From NCBI GenBank assembly GCA_963708595.1, contig CAVPTR010000045.1, positions 6,875 to 70,874 on the forward strand: a DNA stretch of 64,000 nucleotides, written 5' to 3'. The stretch is from an uncultured Verrucomicrobiae bacterium (lineage in GTDB: Bacteria > Verrucomicrobiota > Verrucomicrobiia > Chthoniobacterales > Terrimicrobiaceae). The notes below the pieces were generated by a model. It saw only the letters and a program-made list of their open reading frames with translations, searched no databases and was not told the origin of the DNA. Every line of letters starts with the position of its first letter. Position 1 is the first letter of the stretch. Position numbers and translations under genes: made by a program. Below are positions 8,572 to 19,255 of the stretch, one piece after another.

Positions 8572-10740
8572 ATGCACCGGTCGGGATTCTATTTAATTTT
8601 GGTAGGGGCATCGCTGGTGATGCTAAGCTCGGCGTTTTCCGAGGATTCCTCCGACCTCTTTCTCAAGGCCTACAAAGACTTCCAATCCGGCGAGAAGCTC
8701 GAGCGGGAGGCGAAGCCTCGGGAAGCGCTGAAGAAGTATCGCTCCGCCCAGCAAGTCCTCCAGCAAATCAGCAAATCGGCTCCGGACTGGCAACCGCTTG
8801 TTGTCGAGTATCGCCTGCGGAAAACACGGGATAGCGTCACCCGATTGGAAGGAGACTTGGCAAGCATGCCGCAATCGACGGAGCCGCTCGAGGGCAACCT
8901 GCCGCAGCCGGAAAAAGAAAAACCGTTGCCCACTGCCTTTTCCACCGGTCCCGTCGTGACGGTCAAGCCACCGTCGGCCCCCAAACGCAGTGTACGAGAA
9001 CCCGCACGCTCCTCCTCTCTTGACGAGAGTCGCCCCGTTGGCCGTGGTGGCCTCAGCGTTGCGGAACGCGAGCTGCGCGATCTGCGCAGCCAACTCGCCC
9101 AGGCGCAGGCGGACAACGAAAGGTTGAATGAACGACTCTTGAAGAAGTCGGCTGATCTCCAAAGCGCACTCCTCGAAATCGACAAGACAAAAGTGAGTGT
9201 CGTCGAATTGAAGGGCCAGCTTGCACAGACGGCTTCTTCGCTCGAGGACATGAAAAAGGACGGTGTTTCCCTACCCGCTATCCGGGAAGGGCTCGAGAAA
9301 AAATATGCCGGCATTTTCAAGCAGTTCTCCGATCTGCAGACCGACAATGAAGTCCTTCAGGAGGAAAACGAACGCCTGCTTGCAAAGCTGGAGAGAGCTT
9401 CCAAATACATCGCGGACAGCGATCAAGTACGGTCCGGGCTGCTCGCAGAACGCAGGGAACTAGATGACGCCCGCGACAAGGCTTTGGCAAAGGTAAAGAA
9501 AATCAAGGACAATTCGGCGGAGATCGAGCGCGTCACCTCCGAAAACAGGCAGCTGAAAACCAAGCTTACAGAGGTTTCGCAGCGTACCGTGAGCAAAACA
9601 GAGTTTGAGAAGCTTGCCGCTGAGAAAAAGGTTCTTACCGCAAGGCTTTCGGAGAGCGCGTCGCCCGAAGCAGTTGCTGAGAAGAATCGGACTATTGCAT
9701 CGTTGCAAAGCAACTTGCAAACAGCGAACGACAAGCTGCTCGAAGCCCACGCACGCAACAGCAAAGGGGATGCTCAACTAGACCTGCTGCGCAAGCAGCT
9801 CGATGAAACGTCTGGCCAACTCGCGCAACTCGAACTGAACCCGAGCGATGAAAAGAAGTTGGCCATGGAGAACGAGCTCTTGCGGGGAATCATCTTGCGC
9901 CAGATCAAGGAGCAAACGAAGCGCGACGATGCAAAGAAACTCATCGAACAAGAAATCGGAATGTTGAGTGTCAATTCCAATGTTATTAGACAACAACTGA
10001 CCGTTCTTGGGGCACCCGTGCTTCACTTGACGCCCGAGGAACGCTCACTTTTCAAAGATCCCGTGGCTCTCCTTACCGAAGCGAACGCTCAAAGTCTTGA
10101 GGTGACCGTTGCCATTAGCAAGCCAGGCGAGGAGGAGGTGACAACGAAAAAGATTCTCCAAGAGCCTGCAGAGTCCGAGTCGCTGCCCGACGATGTCCGC
10201 GAACTCGTTGGGCAGGCCAAGCAGCTTTTCGGGGTCAAAAACTATATCGGGGCCGAGAAGATCTATCAACAAATCGTCGAGAAAACTCCCAATAGCTACT
10301 TCGCACTGTCCAATCTAGGTGCCGTGCAGATTGAAGGCGGTAAGCTTTCGGCTGCGGAGGTGGCGCTTAAGAAAGCTGTCGAGATCAACGGAAATGATTC
10401 CTATGCCTATACCAATCTGGGAATTGTGTACAGCCGGCAAGGCAAGTTCGGCGATGCGATTGGCGCTCTGCACAAGGCAATTGCCTTCAATGAAGAGGAC
10501 GCAGTAGCCCATAACTATCTTGGCGCCTGTCTAGGTCAAAGGGAACAGTGGAACGAAGCGGAAATTCAACTTAAGAGGGCGATCCAACTCAAACCGGAAT
10601 ATTCGGATGCCCACTTCAATCTGGCAGTCCTTTATGCAACAACGCAACCGCCTTCCCTCCAACTCGCCAAGGAGCATTATGCCAAAGCCACGGCCCTTGG
10701 AGCCGCTCCCGATGCCGTGCTCGAACGTTTGATCCAATAA
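8572..10740 (+). CDS. Secreted or membrane-anchored coiled-coil protein with C-terminal TPR repeats
   Basis: The N-terminal hydrophobic segment FYLILVGASLVMLSSAF is followed by a long heptad-like, Glu/Lys/Leu/Gln-rich middle. The C-terminus carries TPR repeats (YFALSNLGAVQIEGGKLSAAEVALKKAVEINGNDSYAYTNLGIVYSRQGKFGDAI...). Confidence 0.75.
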   Translation: MHRSGFYLILVGASLVMLSSAFSEDSSDLFLKAYKDFQSGEKLEREAKPREALKKYRSAQQVLQQISKSAPDWQPLVVEYRLRKTRDSVTRLEGDLASMPQSTEPLEGNLPQPEKEKPLPTAFSTGPVVTVKPPSAPKRSVREPARSSSLDESRPVGRGGLSVAERELRDLRSQLAQAQADNERLNERLLKKSADLQSALLEIDKTKVSVVELKGQLAQTASSLEDMKKDGVSLPAIREGLEKKYAGIFKQFSDLQTDNEVLQEENERLLAKLERASKYIADSDQVRSGLLAERRELDDARDKALAKVKKIKDNSAEIERVTSENRQLKTKLTEVSQRTVSKTEFEKLAAEKKVLTARLSESASPEAVAEKNRTIASLQSNLQTANDKLLEAHARNSKGDAQLDLLRKQLDETSGQLAQLELNPSDEKKLAMENELLRGIILRQIKEQTKRDDAKKLIEQEIGMLSVNSNVIRQQLTVLGAPVLHLTPEERSLFKDPVALLTEANAQSLEVTVAISKPGEEEVTTKKILQEPAESESLPDDVRELVGQAKQLFGVKNYIGAEKIYQQIVEKTPNSYFALSNLGAVQIEGGKLSAAEVALKKAVEINGNDSYAYTNLGIVYSRQGKFGDAIGALHKAIAFNEEDAVAHNYLGACLGQREQWNEAEIQLKRAIQLKPEYSDAHFNLAVLYATTQPPSLQLAKEHYAKATALGAAPDAVLERLIQ

Positions 10741-10838
10741 CCCGGCACTTTGAAAGATGCGACGGACGTGCGACGCCCGGTAAACGTTGAGCGGCGCATC
10801 CGGATTTAACCCCCTCCGGAATCGTTAGTACCGTTCGC

Positions 10839-11036
10839 CTACCCTCCGGCGGCCACTCGCAGGACTTCGAGCCGGTCGTCGCCGCCAAGTGGCGTGTTTG
10901 CCCATTCTGAGCGCAGAAGAGCAGTGCCATTGTGTTCGATGAGGACAGTTTCGGGGACAAGACCGAGTTCATTCACCAAATCGTTAACGGTTTTCGCCTG
11001 AACTTCCTCTCTTTGACCGTTCAAAAAAAGATTCAT
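10839..11036 (-). CDS. thiS: Sulfur carrier protein ThiS
   Basis: MNLFLNGQREEVQAKTVNDLVNELGL...DDRLEVLRVAAGG* is 65 aa with a C-terminal GG. It starts 5 nt after the thiH stop. Confidence 0.85.
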   Translation of the reverse strand: MNLFLNGQREEVQAKTVNDLVNELGLVPETVLIEHNGTALLRSEWANTPLGGDDRLEVLRVAAGG

Positions 11037-11040
11037 GGTC

Positions 11041-12153
11041 CTATGCGGCGTTAAGGATGGCGGCGTCCCAATCCTTCCAGACGGGCTCGAGTCCAAGTTC
11101 CCGCAAGCGAGCAGCCACTGCGTGGGGCGGGCGCTCGTCGGAGATGACGAATTGCCCTTCGGCGTGCTCGCCAACAGCGGGGATCTGGCGGCCACGAATT
11201 GTCTCATGCAGGTTCTGTTTACCCTGGCCGGTGTAGCCACCTGGCTCCGTATGGCTGCCAGCGCTCATCATGGTAATGCCGAGCGGAGCGATGGCGTCAC
11301 GCAGAGCAGCCGGCTCCCGCGTACTCAGCACGATTCCAATCTGCGGAAAGGTGATGCGGAAAGCGCAAACGAGCTGGACGAATTCGCGGTCGGGCAGGGG
11401 ATGCATCGGATGGAAGTCGCCAGCGGCGGGTCGCAGACGCGGGAGGCTGACGGTGATCTGTGCCTTCCAGCAAGATCGCAGAAGATGCTCGAGATGAGCG
11501 GCCAGAGCCATGGCTTCCTCCCGCCAATGCCACAGACCGTACAGGGCGCCAATGCCGATGCGACGGAAGCCCGCCTCATAGGCGCGTTCTGGGCAATCCA
11601 GTCGCCAATCGTAGTCTTTCTTCGGTCCTGAAAGATGAATCTTGGAATAGGTTTGGCGATTATAGGTCTCCTGGTAAACGACCAAGCCTTCTGCACCCGC
11701 ATGAACAAGCGGTAGATAGTCGGCGACTTCCATAGGAGCGACCTCAATACTGATGCTCGGAACAGCCGCCGAAAGCCGGCGAATGCATCGTTCCAGGTAG
11801 TCGCCGGAAACAAATTTGGGATGCTCGCCGGCCACGAGAAGGATATTGCGAAAGCCTTGGCCTATGATGTGTGCGGCTTCGCGCGCGACTTCGTCGATTT
11901 CCAGCGTCACGCGCAGGATGGCATTTTCACGCGAGAAGCCGCAATAGGCGCATGAGTTGATGCACTCGTTAGAGAGATAGAGCGGGGCGAAGAGGCGCAT
12001 GGTGCGCCCAAAGTAGCGTCGGGTGATCGCGGCGGATTCACGGGCCAGCAACTCCAGATTCAAATCCGAGCGCGGAGCGAGCAGCGCTTCAAATTGCCGC
12101 AGAAGCGGAGATTTATCGCGGAGCAGATTGGTGATTTCGGAAGAGAATGGCAT
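11041..12153 (-). CDS. thiH: 2-iminoacetate synthase ThiH (radical SAM)
   Basis: APLYLSNECINSCAYCGFS carries the CxxxCxxC radical-SAM motif, and the gene is ThiH-length and adjacent to thiS. I prefer the ATG at 12151-12153 (MPFSSEITNLL) over the upstream TTG used by the ORF track (12177). Confidence 0.85.
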   Translation of the reverse strand: MPFSSEITNLLRDKSPLLRQFEALLAPRSDLNLELLARESAAITRRYFGRTMRLFAPLYLSNECINSCAYCGFSRENAILRVTLEIDEVAREAAHIIGQGFRNILLVAGEHPKFVSGDYLERCIRRLSAAVPSISIEVAPMEVADYLPLVHAGAEGLVVYQETYNRQTYSKIHLSGPKKDYDWRLDCPERAYEAGFRRIGIGALYGLWHWREEAMALAAHLEHLLRSCWKAQITVSLPRLRPAAGDFHPMHPLPDREFVQLVCAFRITFPQIGIVLSTREPAALRDAIAPLGITMMSAGSHTEPGGYTGQGKQNLHETIRGRQIPAVGEHAEGQFVISDERPPHAVAARLRELGLEPVWKDWDAAILNAA

Positions 12154-12272
12154 GAATCTTGATTGGACCCAAAACAATTAACCACAGAGCACTCGAGACA
12201 CAAAGAAAACGAGTCAAGGATTCCGAGAATTGACTCTGTGCTCTCTGCATCCTCTATGGTTAGATTTCTTCG

Positions 12273-13532
12273 GTGTTTGAGAAATCCCTTTTTGGCGAGC
12301 GGCTAGCCAGCGGCAGTGGGATCGAGGAATTGATGGACGATCTCGGGCGCGCAATGGCCGGTGCACATGGGCCGGTGCGGATGCTCGGTGGCGGCAACCC
12401 GGCGCACATCCCGGAGATGCAGGCAATTTGGCGCAATCGTATGGCAGCCATTCTGGCCGATCCGCCCGCGTTTGATCGGATGGTGACGAATTACGATCCT
12501 CCTATCGGTAACGCGCGATTCATCGCTGCGCTGGCAAATTTGCTTCGGCAGGAATTTGGATGGAACCTCGGTCCGGAGAACATTGCCATCACCGCGGGCG
12601 GACAAACGGCGTTCTTTTTTCTCTTCAACCTTTTGGCCGGGGAATTCCGCGACGGAAGGCGAAAGACAATCCTCCTTCCGCTCGTGCCCGAGTATATCGG
12701 TTATATGAACCAGGGGTTGGCTCCCGGACTCTTGCGCGCAGTGGAGCCGGGCATCGAGTTTCTGCCCCGACATCGCTTCAAGTATCATGTAGATTTCGAT
12801 CAACTCTCCGTTTCGGAGGACGTGGCAGCGCTTTGCGTGTCGCGTCCCACGAATCCCTCGGGCAATGTGCTCACCAACAACGAGATTCATCGGTTGGCTG
12901 CCATAGCTCGGGCGGCGGGCGTGCCGCTGATTATCGACAACGCCTACGGGGTGCCGTTTCCCGGCATCTTGTTCCGCGACGCCGATCCGATCTGGGACGA
13001 AAACATCATTGTTACGCTGAGCCTGTCCAAGCTCGGGCTCCCTAACACGCGCACCGGCATCGTCGTGGCGCGTCCGGAGATTATCCGCGCTGTGGCCTCG
13101 ATGACGGCGATCGTCGGTCTCGCCAATTGCTCCATCGGGCAAGCTCTTGTGCTTCCGCTTGTGAAATCCGGCGAGATCCTCCGTTTGGCGCGCGAGGTTG
13201 TGCGGCCGTTCTACGAGCGAAAATCTCATCTTGCGCAGGAATGGATCGCGCAGTTCTTCGACGACGGACTCGACTACCATGTGCACGTGAGCGAGGGGGC
13301 GTTATTCTTGTGGCTATGGTTTCGTGGAATGAAGATCTCTGCGGAGACGCTTTACGCTCGACTGAAGGAGCGCGGTGTGCTCGTCGTTCCAGGCCACTAT
13401 TTTGGCGTGGGCGCGGCGCAGGATTGGCGGCACGGGCACGAATGCATCCGGCTTAGTTTCGCGATGGATGAGCTCTCCGTGCGAGACGGAATCGCCATTC
13501 TCGCGGAGGAGGTCGCGAAAGGGTATCTGTAA
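12273..13532 (+). CDS. avtA: Valine--pyruvate (alanine-valine) aminotransferase
   Basis: Collinear with E. coli AvtA as I remember it: SLFGERL..SGIEELMDDLG..MLGGGNPAHIPEM...CVSRPTNPSGNVLT...IIDNAYGVPFPGI...LSLSKLGLPNTR...EGALFLWLWF. GTG start. Confidence 0.8.
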   Translation: MFEKSLFGERLASGSGIEELMDDLGRAMAGAHGPVRMLGGGNPAHIPEMQAIWRNRMAAILADPPAFDRMVTNYDPPIGNARFIAALANLLRQEFGWNLGPENIAITAGGQTAFFFLFNLLAGEFRDGRRKTILLPLVPEYIGYMNQGLAPGLLRAVEPGIEFLPRHRFKYHVDFDQLSVSEDVAALCVSRPTNPSGNVLTNNEIHRLAAIARAAGVPLIIDNAYGVPFPGILFRDADPIWDENIIVTLSLSKLGLPNTRTGIVVARPEIIRAVASMTAIVGLANCSIGQALVLPLVKSGEILRLAREVVRPFYERKSHLAQEWIAQFFDDGLDYHVHVSEGALFLWLWFRGMKISAETLYARLKERGVLVVPGHYFGVGAAQDWRHGHECIRLSFAMDELSVRDGIAILAEEVAKGYL

Positions 13533-13535
13533 TCG

Positions 13536-14099
13536 CTACGCCGCTGCGGCCTTGCGGAATTCGAGCACGTTGATCGGAGGGAAGTTTAGCGGGCAATATT
13601 CCTTGCCGGAGAGCTCGAAGAGATGATCCTGATCACAGAGTTGTGTCGTGACTTGGTAGGTAATGAAGCGGCTATCGTTGTCCATTGCCTTGGCGATGCT
13701 CCGCAGAAGCTTGTCCTTGGTCTTTGGCTCGATGACAAAAAACGGCAGACCGGAGACGATATAGTCACAGTGTGGATGGCCCATCTCCCGCAGCGTCTCC
13801 GGCAGATGCAAGGCATCCGTGTTAAGCACGGTCACGCGGGGGTCCCGTACGAACTGCTTGCGCAAATGGGAAACAAATTCCTCGTCGAGCTCAAAGAGGA
13901 TGAGCCGTGAGTCGGCATTCATGCGTTTGACGATCTGGCGCGTGTGGCAACCTTCACCAGGACCGAGTTCGACGACAACACGGGGCTGGGAAAAATCAAT
14001 GCGCCGCACGGTTTGCCGGGTTAGGAACGGCGAACTGGGAACCACGTAGCCAACACGCAGCGGATTAGCGAGGACTCGTTTGAAGAACAGAAGGCTCAT
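13536..14099 (-). CDS. Class I SAM-dependent methyltransferase (phospholipid N-methyltransferase / KsgA-fold like)
   Basis: VVELGPGEGCHTRQI is SAM-binding motif I. The protein is 187 aa. Substrate unknown. Confidence 0.65.
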   Translation of the reverse strand: MSLLFFKRVLANPLRVGYVVPSSPFLTRQTVRRIDFSQPRVVVELGPGEGCHTRQIVKRMNADSRLILFELDEEFVSHLRKQFVRDPRVTVLNTDALHLPETLREMGHPHCDYIVSGLPFFVIEPKTKDKLLRSIAKAMDNDSRFITYQVTTQLCDQDHLFELSGKEYCPLNFPPINVLEFRKAAAA

Positions 14100-14265
14100 T
14101 CGGAAGTGTGAAGGTAAGCAAAACCGTCAAGATGTCCAGCCCATCGGATTTGTCCTGCCAGGCTTAATCTCCCTCAAACTGGACCAGTTTGCGAATAAAA
14201 TGGACCCCTCTTGACGCGTAGCGCTTGGTAGGGATCGCCATTGAATTCCTTGCTCCGATCAAGGT

Positions 14266-15718
14266 TCAAACGGGTGCGTTTTCCTTGCTCCAGCCGGACG
14301 CGCGTTCGTAGGCGTCGGCGATACCGAGCATGCGGGTTTCAGCGAGCGATTTCCCGAGGAACTGGAGGCCGACGGGAAGTTTGTTCTCGCCTTCGCCCAC
14401 GAATCCGCACGGCACGCTGATCCCGCAGATTCCCGCAAGATTGGCGGCAATAGTGAAGATGTCTGCGAGGTACATCTTCAGCGGGTCGCTCGTGCGTTCG
14501 CCGATAGGGAAAGCGACATCGGGCGAAGTGGGACAAACGATGACGTCCGCCTTCTCAAAGGCCGTCGCAAAGTCCCGGCGGATGAGAGTGCGGACTTTTT
14601 GCGCGCGAAGATAGTAGGCGTCGTAATATCCGCTGGACAGAACGTAGGTCCCGAGAATGATGCGGCGCTTCACCTCGCTGCCAAATCCCTCCTCCCGAGT
14701 GCGAACATAAAGGTCCGTGAGATCCTTGGGCTGATCCGCACGGCGGCCATAGCGGACGCCGTCGAAACGGGCAAGGTTGGCCGAAGCTTCGGCGGTTGCG
14801 ATAATATAATAGACGGAAACCGCATACTCGGTATGCGGCAAAGAGAGTTCCACGAGCTCAGCACCATTTTCGGCGCATTGTTGGATGGCGGCTTCGATAG
14901 TGGACTTCACGCGGGCGTCCATGCCATCGACAAAATATTCCTTCGGGATGCCCAGGCGGACGCCCTTGAGATCGCGACCGAGCTCGGCGGTAAAATCCTC
15001 TGTCGGGTGATCCAGTGAGGTCGAGTCCATCGGGTCACGTCCTGCGATAGCGTTGAGCAAAAGCGCGCAGTCACGCGTCGAACGCGCAAACGGACCGATC
15101 TGATCCAGGGAGGACGCAAAGGCAACAAGACCATAACGCGAAACGCGTCCGTAGCTCGGCTTCAGCCCGACACACCCGCAAAGCGCTGCCGGCTGACGGA
15201 TCGAGCCGCCGGTATCCGAACCCAGCGCGGCGGGGACTTCACATGCGGCGACGGCGGCCGCCGACCCGCCGCTCGATCCACCGGGGATGCGCGTGGTGTC
15301 CCACGGGTTGCGTGTGGTCTGGAAGGCAGAGTTTTCGGTTGAAGAACCCATGGCGAATTCGTCCATGTTCAATCTGCCGAACGGGATGGCGCCAGCAGCC
15401 CTAAGCCGCGCGATAACCGTTGCGTCGTAGGGCGCGGTATAGCCCTGCAGGATTTTCGAAGCGCAGGTGCAGGAATCACCCTTCACACTGATCACATCTT
15501 TGATGCCGATGGGGATTCCTCCGAGCGGGAGCGAAACGTCAGCCGCTTCGGCTTTGCGCAGGGCGGCTTCAAAATCACGGGAAAGGAATGCCTGCACGGT
15601 AGGCTCCACGGAGCGGATTCGCGATTCGAGCGCACGCAATAAGTCAACGGGGTGGAAAGGCTTTGGAGCGGAAACCCTCCTGAATTTCGGAAGCGGTGAG
15701 GCGGACAAGATCGATCAT
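14266..15718 (-). pseudogene. gatA: Glu/Asp-tRNA amidotransferase subunit A; N-terminal ~20 codons out of frame as assembled
   Basis: ORF 14266..15708 carries the amidase signature ([12 protein letters not shown]). The true N-terminus [21 protein letters not shown] starts at the ATG at 15716-15718 in another frame. The join is at about 15655-15660 (gcctttccacccc where AFHPV is expected). 1453 nt minus 1 gives 484 codons. Confidence 0.9.
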
Positions 15719-16004
15719 TCGACGACTTTCGGAACGATGACGAGATTGTTGACGGTGCGCGGCGCGAGGCTCGAGGGCCGCTTCGCGCGACATGCTGGCG
15801 CCCGGAGCTATCCTGACGCGTCACGTTGAAGATCGGATAGGTGTGTGCGGTCGGTTCGACGCCCGAGACGTCTAGTTCCTTGAGGTGCTCGATATGTTCG
15901 AGCACACGGCCGAGCTGATCTTGGAAGGTGTCGACTTCCTCCTCGGCCAAGGCTATGCGCGCCAGTCTGGCAACATGGCGGACGTCAAGATCGGGGCTGC
16001 TCAT
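15715..16004 (-). pseudogene. gatC: Glu/Asp-tRNA amidotransferase subunit C; two frame changes within ~50 nt as assembled
   Basis: MSSPDLDVRHVARLARIALAEEEVDTFQDQLGRVLEHIEHLKELDVSGVEPTAHTYPIFNVTRQD, then APGASMSREAALEPRA, then PRTVNNLVIVPKVVE*, in three frames. The stop overlaps the gatA ATG (ATGA). 290 nt minus 2 gives 96 codons. Confidence 0.85.
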
Positions 16005-16068
16005 AAGGATCGGATATCATTGCGGGGATCTTTGGTCCCTACAAGGCGGCGCGTCATCTTGGTCGAAA

Positions 16069-17189
16069 TCATACGATTCGGTGTGTCGTCACCGGGTCGA
16101 AGAGATGCGCGACTGTTGCGTCGATCTGGAATTTGAACCGGTGGCCTGCATCGGCTTGTTGTGCGCCAGAGGACTACGGCTGATAATGGGATGCGCGCCG
16201 GTCTGTAAGGTGAAAATAGGTTTCTGCACCCATGGGCTCGACGATATCCACCACCGCCTGGAAGCTGTTGTTCGATGAGCATTGTCCTGATGAAACGAGG
16301 TCGCAATTCTCGGGCCGGACGCCAAGGACGACTTCCTTGCCGACGTAACCAGCGGCAGCTTTGCGGTCGCCGAGCTCAACTTCGATCGCGCCGCCCTGCA
16401 CTTCCGTGAAAACGAGGGCGCCGTTGCGCTCGTGCAAGTCGCCCTTGACGAGATTCATCGGGGGACTGCCCAAGAAGCCGGCGACGAAAAGGTTCTTTGG
16501 CTCGTTATAGATTTTCAGCGGGCTATCCACTTGCTGGATCACGCCATCCTTCATCACGACGATGCGCGTGCCCATGAGTCATGGCTTCAATTTGATCGTG
16601 GGTCACGTAGATCATCGTAGCTTGGAGGCGCTGATGGAGCTTCGTGATTTCCGTGCGCATTTGAACGCGCATCTTGGCATCGAGATTCGAGAGCGGTTCG
16701 TCGAAGAGAAAAACTTCCGGCTGGCGCACGATGGCGCGACCGACCGCGACGCGTTGGCGTTGGCCACCGGAAAGGGCCTTTGGCCTGCGATCGAGGAGTT
16801 GCTCGATGCCCAGGAGGTCCGCAGCTTCCGATGACGCGCTTCTTGATCTCCGCCTTGGGATACTTCCGCAGTTCCAGGCTAAATGCCATATTGTCATACA
16901 CGCTCATGTGCGGATAGAGCGCGTAGTTTTGAAAAACCATCGCGATGTCACGGTCCTTCGGAGGAAGATCATTGACGCGTTTGTCGGCGATCAAAACATC
17001 ACCTTTCGAGATCTCCTCGAGACCGGCGATCATTCGCAAGGTCGTGGACTTTCCACAGCCGGACGGGCCGACGAAAACCACGAACTCCCGGTCAAAAATG
17101 TCGAGACTGAAATTCTCCACAGCCGTGACGTCCTTGCCTCTATCTCCAGGGTAGATCTTATAGACGTTTCTGAGGGTTACTTTGGCCAT
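16069..17189 (-). pseudogene. Sugar ABC transporter ATP-binding protein (MalK/UgpC/MsmX-like); four frame changes
   Basis: Collinear fragments: the Walker A piece [13 protein letters not shown]...[18 protein letters not shown], the signature and Walker B piece [28 protein letters not shown], then [41 protein letters not shown], and a tail ...QTGAHPII... / RFKFQIDATVAHLFDPVTTHRIV* from my own translation. Confidence 0.85.
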
Positions 17190-17292
17190 TCGCTTTTCTC
17201 TGTGCGCCTGCTTGCGGTTGTTTCGGTAAAGTCGGCCAAGCTAAGTTGAGAGAGCATTTAGGTCAATCGGCAAAGATTGCAGAAGAAACGGT

Positions 17293-18361
17293 ATGAAAGT
17301 TGCTCCAATGCTCAGGCATGACTTTGGAACGGGCGGAGGGGGTGAACCGGGCCGGTCAGCTGTCGACGGTCTTTTCCTCGCTGAAGACTCTAGGTCTTAC
17401 CGACCGCGGCTTACTCAATGAGATCATGCGAGGAGTCCTGGTGGCAAACCCCTGTTTGCTTGGTGTCTGGACTGTGTGGGAGCCGGACGCTCTGGACGGT
17501 CGGGACGCGATGTTTGCCGGCGCACCGGGCCACGATCACAGCGGGCGGTTCGTGCCGCTTCTGGCATCGTTACGGGGGCCGGATCCAGCTCGAGGCTAAC
17601 ATCGACTACGACAAACCTGACGCCGACTGGTATTTCACGCCAAGCGCGCCGAAAAGCGGAAGTCTTGATTGATCCTTACGAATATCGAGTTGCCGGAAAG
17701 GATCTTTTAATCACCAGCACGGCGGCGCCGATTCTTCACGCGGGGAGATGCGTCGGCGTCGTGGGTTTTGACGTACATTTGGACTGGCTGCTCGAGGCCA
17801 TTGACGAGCCGGGACCCTTCGAGTCCATCGAAGCGGCCCTCGGCCGCGGACATGTCGTTCTTGGCGAGGACGGTCAAGTGCGCTATTGCAGCCGTGCTAC
17901 ACGTCGTTTGATTTGCCGGTATATCGGGGGGAAGGCCGGTTCCGAACGCCGGCTCCCGGAGGCTCTTCACGATCTGGTCGTCCAGAGGCTGCGGCGGCGT
18001 TTCCTTTCAGACAGTCTCAAGCTCAAACGTGGATGGACGTTTAGCGACGGGTCTCGCAAGCTGGTTGTGCGATTCACGCGCCATCCGCACGCGGGGTGCT
18101 TTCTCTTGCTCGTGGACGAACAAGTCGAGAACGGCCGACCCGCCTGGCCCGCGGTCGAACTTAGTCCACGTGAGCAGGAGGTAGCGGAATGGGTGGGTCA
18201 GGGCAAATCCAACGAGGAAATCGCGATCATCCTTGGGGATCAGCGCTCACACGGTAAAGAACCATCTCGACAAGATTTTCCGAAAACTCGGAGTCGAAAA
18301 CCGTTACGCTGCGGCGGCTGCACTGCAGCGCAATCATCCTCAGGAATGGATCCATAGATAG
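17293..18361 (+). pseudogene. LuxR-family transcriptional regulator with N-terminal Cache/PDC-like sensor domain; three or more frame changes
   Basis: Fragments 17300..17599, 17418..17672 and 17476..18357. The C-terminal HTH reads LSPREQEVAEWVGQGKSNEEIAIILG, then (shifted) ISAHTVKNHLDKIFRKLGVENRYAAAAALQ...*. The start is uncertain (ATG 17293 or TTG 17300). Confidence 0.7.
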
Positions 18362-18551
18362 GAAGACCTTCCTATTGCGGGAATTACTCCGACCCGACAC
18401 ACTTCGTGGCCATGAAGCCCATGGAAATTCTCCGGCAGCGACTAAGAAAGGCTGGACCGAATTTCCCATTCCGGCCGGCGCGTCGTGCTGGTCGCAGTTC
18501 AATGACGAAGCGCTTGTCCGGGCTGGGACGAGACCCTTATGGCAGGGCCCT

Positions 18552-19255
18552 ATGAGGAACAGGACGGTCTTGTTCATCCAGCACAGCGACGTCGATAGGC
18601 CTGGTCTCCTTGGCGAAACTCTCGGCGGGGTGGACCTCCCACTGGAAGTCATTCGACCCGATCTCGGTCAAGCTGTGCCCGGCTCCCTTGAGGGTTTTGC
18701 TGGACTGGCGTTGGGTGGCGGTCCCCAAGGGGTCTACGAACAGGAAAAGTATCCCTACCTTTCTAGCGAATGCGCACTGGTGCGCCATGCGGCATCTCAA
18801 GGCAAGCCGGTCCTCGGATTGTGCCTGGGCGCTCAGCTGATGGCTTCAGCCCTTGGTGCCAGGGTTCAGCCAGGCCAGCGTGAAGTCGGCTTCTTCGAGG
18901 TGACCCTTGATCCCATTTCACAGTATGACCCTCTTTGGCGTGGAGTTCCCGCAAAATTTGTCGTCACTCACTGGCATGGAGATGTTTTCGACATCCCGCT
19001 TGGAGGTATGCGACTGGCCTCGTCGGCCCTTACCCGCAACCAGCTCTTCCGCTACGGTCACGCTCTTTACGGTCTGCAATTCCACCTGGAAATGACTCCC
19101 GGGTTGCTCGAGGAAGCTGTCGCAAGAGCGCTGGCTTGCTCATCGAGTCCGGTCTCGATGCAGACTTGATTTGGCAACAAGGGCAGGAGTGCCTGCCGGT
19201 CCTGCGAGAAACTGCATCCACGGTCTTTGCTCGCTGGGCGGAAATGCTGTGCTAG
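18552..19255 (+). pseudogene. Class I glutamine amidotransferase-like protein; C-terminal frame change near 19125
   Basis: MRNRTVLFIQHSDVD...GKPVLGLCLGAQLMA...THWHGDVF...YGLQFHLE carries the GATase1 Cys/His motifs. The tail continues in ORF 18935..19255 (LIESGLDADLIWQQGQE...). Confidence 0.7.

Noticed and set aside
12154-12272. An expected TPP (THI-box) riboswitch upstream of thiH-thiS.
   Set aside because: The minus-strand leader lacks the CUGAGA and ACCUGAUCUGGAUAAUGCCAGCG-type cores. I see only a two-tier hairpin (agagcac/gtgctct and gagtcaa/ttgactc, about 12184-12250). The UGAGAAAUCCC string at 12267-12280 is on the wrong strand and lies at the avtA start.
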